IMG/VR virus record: IMGVR_UViG_3300010885_031309 | Length of the DNA stretch: 64,000 nt | Reading direction: 5' to 3' (one strand) | From: a virus | Lineage: Duplodnaviria > Caudoviricetes | In this document: piece after piece, positions 56,507 through 63,986 of the stretch | Position numbering within the stretch: position 1 is the first letter of the stretch | Layout of the letters: each line of letters starts with the position of its first letter | Program-made: the position numbers and the translations under genes | Notes under the pieces: model-generated | Seen by the model: the letters and a program-made list of their open reading frames with translations, nothing else | Databases searched by the model: none | Told to the model about the DNA's origin: nothing

Positions 56507-56704
56507 TTATTCTTTTTTGTTGATTTTTGTAATTTCAGAGTAGGTTACAATTTTTCCGTTACTCAAAAGATATTTTGAACCTTCAACAGCAGTGACACTA
56601 CATGATTGTCCTTTATATTGTACAGTGTCACCAGCTTTAATTGGATTCTGACTATATGATTTATAGCTGTTATAGCCCTCAACAAGCACTTCGTGTATTT
56701 TCAT
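56507..56704 (-). CDS. Small SH3/KOW-like protein with an MKIHEVLVE leader
   Basis: IKAGDTVQYKG..C.VTAV. Confidence 0.65.
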   Translation of the reverse strand: MKIHEVLVEGYNSYKSYSQNPIKAGDTVQYKGQSCSVTAVEGSKYLLSNGKIVTYSEITKINKKE

Positions 56705-57975
56705 GATTCATCCATTTTAGTATTAAACCAGGGATCAACTATTACCAGTGTACCATCTTTGCGTTCCATGACATTTTCGGTATGTAGATCCCAGCCCTGT
56801 TTATCTAGCTTTCCACGCTTGTATAATAATCTCATCATTGAATAAAGAATATCAAACTTTACATAAGTCATTGCATCCAGGGACTTTAATTTTTTGATTA
56901 ATTCTTTATCAGTCGGCGGAGCATCCCAATGCTTCCATGTAGTTGGCTTTAACATTTCCGTGTAGGCTTGTTCCCAAGTCTTATCTTTTGCAGCTAGATC
57001 ACTCATCATCCATACTAGTGCTTGACTAAAACTACCGTCTTTTAATGGGCGTAGTCGTTCCATGCCAATCATAGTAAATTCGCGATTGTCTGCTTCAAAA
57101 GTAGCGTGATGGCCATCCTTTGTAATTTGTACAAACTTTGGTAGATTTGGTTGATCACTATTTTTCATACAGAATTCATAAAATAGCTTGAATGTTTTAA
57201 CTGCACCACTCATACTATCACGATCTTCTGGCATAATAATTTTGATAACGCTCTCGTCGTCTTTTGCCCAGACTGTTGCTTCAGCGCCACTTCCTAATTT
57301 TTTGTATCCCATTTCCTTGAATACTTTGTTTATTTCTTTTGATGCTTTGGTTCTAGTTTCTGCTTCGCTGATTAAATCAGAATTATTCAATAATTTTACT
57401 GATCCGTTATCGTTGACAAAGTATGGAAAGAATTTAATATCCGGATATTCTTGCTTTAATTTTGAAAATACACGAAGATTGGTCATGCTATCATCATACA
57501 TACTAACACGATAGTAGCGACCAGTATCTAAATATCGTCTGACAAATACTGCTTTTCTTTCTGCTGGTGTAGTTGGTTGTTCTAAATTTCCAGCACGATG
57601 TACATGTACGCGACTCATATCTATACCATACTTGGCAAAAGTTTGTAGAAATGTGTCGCGATCATCAAAATCACTACGAGCAGTAAGCATTATGATTTTA
57701 CAATTGGTTGCTACTTTAAGTATTGCTTTTAGTTTAGCTATCATTGGTCTGATAGGCTCACTCTCACGATTGAATTTTTCTGCGTTACGAAATTCTCCAA
57801 AATCAAACTGTTCATCTGGTTCTGGTTGATATGTATTGTATTCTTTATTGGTAAGACTACGAACTACTTTACCATTTTTGATGACATTTATTTTAGCCGT
57901 AGTATGAAACAGCGTGTCATCTATATCCATGATTATTAGATGTTCAGACTTTGAGTTTATATCTCTAATTCTCAT
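56701..57975 (-). CDS. HAD-superfamily phosphatase fused to a protein-kinase-like domain
   Basis: DIDDTL, LTARS, YDDS..NL; LGSGAEATV..VIKI...DLHTENVM..VIVDP; junction LISEAE. Confidence 0.8.
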   Translation of the reverse strand: MRIRDINSKSEHLIIMDIDDTLFHTTAKINVIKNGKVVRSLTNKEYNTYQPEPDEQFDFGEFRNAEKFNRESEPIRPMIAKLKAILKVATNCKIIMLTARSDFDDRDTFLQTFAKYGIDMSRVHVHRAGNLEQPTTPAERKAVFVRRYLDTGRYYRVSMYDDSMTNLRVFSKLKQEYPDIKFFPYFVNDNGSVKLLNNSDLISEAETRTKASKEINKVFKEMGYKKLGSGAEATVWAKDDESVIKIIMPEDRDSMSGAVKTFKLFYEFCMKNSDQPNLPKFVQITKDGHHATFEADNREFTMIGMERLRPLKDGSFSQALVWMMSDLAAKDKTWEQAYTEMLKPTTWKHWDAPPTDKELIKKLKSLDAMTYVKFDILYSMMRLLYKRGKLDKQGWDLHTENVMERKDGTLVIVDPWFNTKMDES

Positions 57976-58090
57976 ACAGTATTCTATTACATTTAGTAGT
58001 AGGACTGACCGTTTGCCATAATGCTACGCAATCCCTTGGCTAAATCCGGTAGATAGGACGCGTGATATACGTAAATAATTTCATTTATTT

Positions 58091-58501
58091 TCATTGTTCA
58101 TCCAATAGCATTATAGGATCGCCACCGGCATCTCCTATTATTTCAAACCCATAATTTTTATACCAATCAACGATACTGAACTCATTACTTTCATGTACAT
58201 CAGCAATTAACAGTATCGCTTCAGCACCCCTGTCATATGAATCATCTATAGCATTATTTAGCAGATTGCTACCTAAACCCTGCCCTCTTGAATCATCATC
58301 AATATACATGTTCTTAATAATACTTATTCTGCCAAATTTACTAGCGATATTGTTTATCAGTTGTTCAGATGCACCTTGAGATTCTAAGTAATTTTTCAAT
58401 TGTGACTTATCAGTGTCTACCACGTAACCCTCAAGTGCACCACCATCAATACTTTTTGATATCATTTGTATAGATTCGATTAGTAATTCTTTGATCTTCA
58501 T
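58091..58501 (-). CDS. GNAT acetyltransferase with an MKIKELLIE leader
   Basis: MYIDDDSRGQGLGSNLL...WYKNYGF. Confidence 0.85.
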   Translation of the reverse strand: MKIKELLIESIQMISKSIDGGALEGYVVDTDKSQLKNYLESQGASEQLINNIASKFGRISIIKNMYIDDDSRGQGLGSNLLNNAIDDSYDRGAEAILLIADVHESNEFSIVDWYKNYGFEIIGDAGGDPIMLLDEQ

Positions 58502-58503
58502 AA

Positions 58504-59946
58504 TTACATCACAAATATTTTACCAACGCTGTCACTCAACACATCATTGAACAACAATTCCATTGTATATGCTAAACGTTCGGCTTTTTGCTTTCTTGAA
58601 AGTTCATCACGATATTCAGGTTTAATGTTTAGATATTTTGTAGGTGTTCCCCATGCTTGTCTTCCGTAACCTAAATTAGTTGGTAATAGATTAAACGTGA
58701 CTTTGCCTGTGCCTAAATATTGTGCAAATATTTCATATAAGAATTCATATGGACGTTTAATCTGATTACTTCTACTACTACGTTGTGTGCCTAATGCATT
58801 GAACAGTGCATTATACTCGGGGGTCAAATCCCACTTGATTAGAGTATTGTATGTGTTTGCACCCCTATATGCTTTGCCATAGTGTTCTTCTAACACTGAA
58901 TTTACAGTTTCAAAGAAATACTTTTCTGCTTCAGCCCAAGCCTTCCAATTCTTGTTTTCATATGCAGCCTCTGCCCCTATAGCGTGTCCAAATCTATGTG
59001 CCATCATCCATGGCGTAAGCATTACTTTACTATCACCCTTGTTGCCCACATACACTACAGTTATAGCATCTTCACTGCCATTGATAATTTCTTCAGCCTG
59101 TTCTTTACCAAAAATTTGCATAATCTGCTCTGGGGGCATTGCACCGTATTCACTATACTTCCCAGTGCCGGGCACGTTACTAAAGAATAAACGGAAATCG
59201 TAGGGTGTTTTTTCAAAGAATGTAGTAGCTTTTTCTATGTTCTTGGGATGTGGCACAAGGTTTTTATCTGCTCCGCGAAATGGTCCTGGCTTAGTAAAGT
59301 CACCAAACGGTTGATACTTGGCTAATGCCATTTCACCTACTGTGTCTTCCGCCACGCCTTGGTTTGGTCTGCTTAATGTATGCTTTTCTGTTCTATAATC
59401 GTATGTAGCACCTAACTTCTTATATATTTCTCTTGCTGCGTTGTTATGGTCTTGATCAGAAATGATATTGTAGTGCTTGGACAATCCTTTTAGAAAGTCA
59501 GTGTAAATGCCTTTGCCTCTTAACTTTTCATCAAAGACTTCAGAGTATTGAACTTCAACCGTATCGTTGTAAACATCGGCCCAAACACCTAATACTGTTT
59601 TACCTTTACTGTCTTTCACTCTAATAAAGGTGTTTGCTTCAGCGCCAGATTTCCAGGGTACTTCGTCACCGGGTTCAAATGACCATGTGTAGCCCGATGG
59701 TGTTTTGCCGCTGACAGATTCCGTAACATCTTGCTTGTCAAGTTTCTCTAAACGATGTATCTCATCGGCAACCTGTGTCCAATAACGATATTGTGGAGTA
59801 TTACTTTCATAACTCATGGCATGGTCGTTGGCACGTTGAGCAGCAGTATAGGAATGATCTTTATACCGATCATACATTCGTTTTGCCGTTGACTTTACTT
59901 CTAAGTCACTGGAATTATTTTCAACAATAAAATCATTTGCTCTCAT
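58504..59946 (-). CDS. Polyprotein: small helical module + GNAT + HRxGH zincin-like domain
   Basis: MRANDFIVE leader; linkers QDVTES and QGVAED; RGKGIY..A..IY.KLG; WMMAHRFGHA. Confidence 0.8.
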   Translation of the reverse strand: MRANDFIVENNSSDLEVKSTAKRMYDRYKDHSYTAAQRANDHAMSYESNTPQYRYWTQVADEIHRLEKLDKQDVTESVSGKTPSGYTWSFEPGDEVPWKSGAEANTFIRVKDSKGKTVLGVWADVYNDTVEVQYSEVFDEKLRGKGIYTDFLKGLSKHYNIISDQDHNNAAREIYKKLGATYDYRTEKHTLSRPNQGVAEDTVGEMALAKYQPFGDFTKPGPFRGADKNLVPHPKNIEKATTFFEKTPYDFRLFFSNVPGTGKYSEYGAMPPEQIMQIFGKEQAEEIINGSEDAITVVYVGNKGDSKVMLTPWMMAHRFGHAIGAEAAYENKNWKAWAEAEKYFFETVNSVLEEHYGKAYRGANTYNTLIKWDLTPEYNALFNALGTQRSSRSNQIKRPYEFLYEIFAQYLGTGKVTFNLLPTNLGYGRQAWGTPTKYLNIKPEYRDELSRKQKAERLAYTMELLFNDVLSDSVGKIFVM

Positions 59947-59956
59947 ATTATTACTC

Positions 59957-60883
59957 TTAAATTGCCAATACATCAATGAACACAATATTGTTTCTACGCG
60001 GATCCCACATTACGTTATCGTCGTGAAGATCCAGTCCACCATGTTTTACCGACATTCTGAATAATTCAGTAGCTAGCTCAGACAGATCTGGATCTTTTTT
60101 GATACTGTTTTCTGCAATCACTTTCCAGTGTTTGGCATCAAAGAACCACATGTAATTTAAACGCTTTGATGGCTTACTACGCATAATATCTGTTGCTAAA
60201 TTGTCTGAAAGAAAACCGATGATATAGTTAACAAAGTTATTAATTACATCAGGATTAGTTATCTTTTCTAATTTGCGTAGATACAGTATACCTATTCTTT
60301 CATTTGTTTTAATAGTGTCGTCTTTTCTCAAGTGTTTGTATAGCTTAACGACACTACCATCTTCATATGGTATGATTTCTGGAACATATTTGTTATTTTG
60401 ATGAGCGACCATCCATCGTAAATATTCAGCATAACCACGATCATTTGAAAATATCTTTAATACTGTAGCATTGTTTTTTGGATCTTGCAGCACGGTTGCA
60501 TAGTGTCCAGTACCAACAATTTGCATACCCTCGCCCTGTTTACGAAGTGCTATCTCAGTGTGTCTTTCCGAGCTAGGCATAAATGATAGTGCTTCGTCAG
60601 TAATTTCATACTCACTTAAATCTTTCTTTGGCGGAATAAAAAATATTCTGGTTCGTCTGACATCATGTGGGTCTCGTTCCCATATAGTTTCATTATTAGC
60701 CGCATCTTTTACTAGCCAATGACTTGGAGCTTCTCCTTCTTCATCACGCACTTCTTGCTCGGCGGCTCCAATAGCTTCATCGCGATCATAAAAAGTGTCT
60801 ATTAGATGATCATAACAATACAACTGATATCTATTTTTGTAATCAGTAGCATCATATTCAGTGATAAAATCATTTGCTCTCAT
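59957..60883 (-). CDS. Small module + protein-kinase-like domain with an MRANDFITE leader
   Basis: VGTGHYATV...VLKI...DLHDDNVM...VFID. Confidence 0.75.
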   Translation of the reverse strand: MRANDFITEYDATDYKNRYQLYCYDHLIDTFYDRDEAIGAAEQEVRDEEGEAPSHWLVKDAANNETIWERDPHDVRRTRIFFIPPKKDLSEYEITDEALSFMPSSERHTEIALRKQGEGMQIVGTGHYATVLQDPKNNATVLKIFSNDRGYAEYLRWMVAHQNNKYVPEIIPYEDGSVVKLYKHLRKDDTIKTNERIGILYLRKLEKITNPDVINNFVNYIIGFLSDNLATDIMRSKPSKRLNYMWFFDAKHWKVIAENSIKKDPDLSELATELFRMSVKHGGLDLHDDNVMWDPRRNNIVFIDVLAI

Positions 60884-60904
60884 TATCTTTCCTTGAATTG
60901 TTAT

Positions 60905-62461
60905 TCATATTCTTCTCATTATTGAATAGCCACCAACTTTTGCCATTTCAAACCAAATTGGGCGTTTTGCAGTCGGACTCTGTACCGCTTCAGAATCTTT
61001 AATTTTTCTTATGTCTACATTTCTTGTTATTAAATCGGCTATATCGTTTATGCTTACTGAATCACGACCGCGACCAGATTCTGATTCTAAAGCTTTAGCG
61101 AATACTTTTTCCATGGCTATTATACTATCCATAGAATCATCGTCATCATCTTTTTCGTTGTATATCTTCATAATCTGTTTGTAATTTAGTTCAGCAACAT
61201 ACTTTACATCATTATAAAATCGTCTGGCAGAGTCGTTATAGTTCAAATAATCTAATTCAGAGTTGTCAGCTACTTTATCCCAGTCAATGCCTTCATCTTC
61301 AGTTTTGTATTCTGGGTTTTCATCTACAAACCCAACAATATAATCATAATAGTCATCATCAGACCTGTTCATATCTTCTATCATTGAATTTGCTGTGTCC
61401 ATTGCCATCTCGCCTATTGTTTTCCATATCTTTTCAACAACTTCTGAATCGGCGAATATAACAGCTTCTGATAGTTTTGGTTCCAATTTCAGAAATATCT
61501 CTCGTAATTCGGGAAATCTTTTCTCAAACAAGACGCTTACACTTATCGGGTCATCGTTCTCGTTCATAAACTGATTACTATTTACATGAACTTGATATTT
61601 TTCACCCTCATATGTAGGCGTCTGAGGTATGATAATATACATTGGACCCTGACGATTATAATAGTCAAACTGATTTGTTCTAGGAGGTATGTATGCTGTA
61701 CACCACTCAGTTGGTCCTCCTAACACACGACCAAAATATAATGATGCCGCTTTGTCTCGCGGATGTATGACTACTACATCACTTGCTATTTCTACGGCGG
61801 GAGCACCACTGATTAAATCATTAGTAACAGCTAATTTACCGTATACAACATCATACTCGCCCATGTTATAGGCAATGCCCTCTGGATCATTTGGGTTAAA
61901 TCTAGCTACGATAGAGTGTAATTGCTGTGCTGTTAAGCGAACAATATCTTTTGCTTCTTGTGGGAATCCACGACGACGCTTGTTTGCTTCGTATAGTACC
62001 AAATCGGCAGCGGCGTCGGTAACATCTTCTAACAATCTAATATTGTTATTAGCGTATTCTCTTAGTATCCACGGGATGTATTTACGAATGCTATGATTCG
62101 TATAAGTTTCAATATATTCAGCGATATATAGCGATGTCAGTTCATCATCAATTAGTTTTCTAAACTCTGGTTTTCTTATAATATCACTGTATCTTACATC
62201 ATTGATGTTAATAGTCAAATAGTTAACGTTTTGATTATAAACCATGAGTTTAAGATGATTCATCAATGATTGAGCATTATTAAGCCCTAATTGTATTTCT
62301 CTGAGAAAAATCAAATCGTGCGCGGCTTCTTCTCTCGCACGATTATAATCAATCATCAAAAACTTATCAGTTAATTTTTTACGAAACGCTGGATTACGCA
62401 GCGTAATCTCGCGATTGTATTCTAATAATACTTGTTCTGTGATAAATTGATATGCTCGCAT
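60905..62461 (-). CDS. PcfJ-like domain protein with an MRAYQFITE leader
   Basis: TEWCTA...NQFDYY..QGPMYII...KYQVH...FMNENDD. Confidence 0.65.
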   Translation of the reverse strand: MRAYQFITEQVLLEYNREITLRNPAFRKKLTDKFLMIDYNRAREEAAHDLIFLREIQLGLNNAQSLMNHLKLMVYNQNVNYLTININDVRYSDIIRKPEFRKLIDDELTSLYIAEYIETYTNHSIRKYIPWILREYANNNIRLLEDVTDAAADLVLYEANKRRRGFPQEAKDIVRLTAQQLHSIVARFNPNDPEGIAYNMGEYDVVYGKLAVTNDLISGAPAVEIASDVVVIHPRDKAASLYFGRVLGGPTEWCTAYIPPRTNQFDYYNRQGPMYIIIPQTPTYEGEKYQVHVNSNQFMNENDDPISVSVLFEKRFPELREIFLKLEPKLSEAVIFADSEVVEKIWKTIGEMAMDTANSMIEDMNRSDDDYYDYIVGFVDENPEYKTEDEGIDWDKVADNSELDYLNYNDSARRFYNDVKYVAELNYKQIMKIYNEKDDDDDSMDSIIAMEKVFAKALESESGRGRDSVSINDIADLITRNVDIRKIKDSEAVQSPTAKRPIWFEMAKVGGYSIMRRI

Positions 62462-62520
62462 AGACTAAATCTTAGTTGATTTAGTATTTATGCGTGATTT
62501 GCCGATACTGTAACTGTTAT

Positions 62521-62934
62521 TTAATCGCCAGCTTCCATCACTTCAAATGTAGTTGGCCATGATCCTTTAAACCCACCTGGTCCGTTTGGAGCTCTAGGAA
62601 TACCAGGCATGTTTCTGTAATGATCGTAATTTGTATTATCGCGACAGTGCGACATTAATCTTTCTGCCATGGTTTCTGCTACATCTGAGCTAGCATAAGT
62701 AGCTACCACGTGCCAGCCACCGCGATGTGCTCTCATCATTCTCTTAAAAGCACCCTGCTCAGATAATCCTAAAACTGAACGCAGTGCTTCAAGTACCACT
62801 TCAAATGGAGTAACATTGTCGTTTAGCAATACAACATTGAACCCACCTGGTTTGTCCAACTCAATTTCTTGTGGCTGTTTAACTGGTGGTCTATCAAGCA
62901 CTTCTAATTCATTGAGTAGTTTTCTAAAGTTCAT
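62521..62934 (-). CDS. clpS: Second ClpS-like protein with an MNFRKLLNELE leader
   Basis: FNVVLLNDNVTPFEVV..L...A...M..AH..G...V. Confidence 0.8.
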   Translation of the reverse strand: MNFRKLLNELEVLDRPPVKQPQEIELDKPGGFNVVLLNDNVTPFEVVLEALRSVLGLSEQGAFKRMMRAHRGGWHVVATYASSDVAETMAERLMSHCRDNTNYDHYRNMPGIPRAPNGPGGFKGSWPTTFEVMEAGD

Positions 62935-63052
62935 CGCAATATTATAATAAGTCCTCACTTTGTCTACAGAATGGCGTTAATGTAGAACTAGCAGCAGGCG
63001 CCATATACACACCGTGACTAAAAAGTCCTAAGGTAGGTGTTATTAGTATTTA

Positions 63053-63484
63053 TCAGCACCACGAAGCTTTTGCTTCTCCAAAGTAGGGACGAGCATATCC
63101 ACTGCCAATAAGCATTGATCTCAAACTGACTCCATCTATTAGAACATCCCCAAGTACGCGACCGCCATACTTGTCCCAGTCAATGATCACCACTTGAGTG
63201 CGTTTAGCATTACCAATCATTTTTTTAGTAAAAGCTGATGCTTCTAATCCCTTTTTATTTTCTGCATCACATTTGGCGCGAAATCCTTTTTCTGGAGTAT
63301 CAACTCCATAAACTCTTATAGACATTTCCTTTTTTAGTGGATTCGGCAGAAATCTTGCTTCAAAACCAACAGTATCACCATCAATTATTCTGGTGATTTT
63401 GTAGTCATATGCTACGCCTGTTTTTTCCGTTGCTGCAACAGCGAATGTCACGGTTGCAAGTAATAGTGTTATTAATAGTTTCAT
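63053..63484 (-). CDS. Exported thermonuclease (SNase fold)
   Basis: Signal peptide; IIDGDTV, IRVYGVDTPE, DKYGGRVLG, GYARPY. Confidence 0.92.
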   Translation of the reverse strand: MKLLITLLLATVTFAVAATEKTGVAYDYKITRIIDGDTVGFEARFLPNPLKKEMSIRVYGVDTPEKGFRAKCDAENKKGLEASAFTKKMIGNAKRTQVVIIDWDKYGGRVLGDVLIDGVSLRSMLIGSGYARPYFGEAKASWC

Positions 63485-63497
63485 AATTATTCTTTAT

Positions 63498-63986
63498 TCA
63501 ATTAAAAGTAGCTACGTAGTCGTCTACAGCAATTTTTTCTACAACGTTACCAGTTTCTACTGTAGCGAGATAAAAGTTTAGCGAATTTTTAATCCACGTT
63601 GATATATTGCCAATGTCATTAGAATTCATATACAATGGCCATCTATCTCTAGGATATCTTCTATTATGATCAGCATAATCTCTAAATGTTTCGTACAGTA
63701 TTGCTTCGTATACATACTTTAAATCATACACCGTGTTCATACTAGAGTTATATTGCCGATTGTGTTGATCAATCACAATACGTATCTGTCTGGCTGTGGT
63801 ATACGCTGTGAACCAATCATCTAACTGTTCGCGGTAAGTTTCTAATGATACTTCATCCGTGTCTACTAATTGATCACTAAAATGCTTCAATATTAATCTA
63901 GTACCTGCACGATACAACTCGTGTAGAGTTTCATCTGGTATCAATTCAAGTTGATCTTTCAGACTATAACCCAATTTTTCAAACAC
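63498..63986 (-). CDS. Hypothetical protein
   Basis: 162-aa ORF. Confidence 0.6.
   Translation of the reverse strand: MFEKLGYSLKDQLELIPDETLHELYRAGTRLILKHFSDQLVDTDEVSLETYREQLDDWFTAYTTARQIRIVIDQHNRQYNSSMNTVYDLKYVYEAILYETFRDYADHNRRYPRDRWPLYMNSNDIGNISTWIKNSLNFYLATVETGNVVEKIAVDDYVATFN

Noticed and set aside
2721-62500. The many short antisense or alternative-frame ORFs nested in long genes (for example 3150-3356, 14175-14462, 21254-21622, 45507-45788, 57188-57514)
   Set aside because: They lie fully inside well-supported genes and have no motifs or expression signals.
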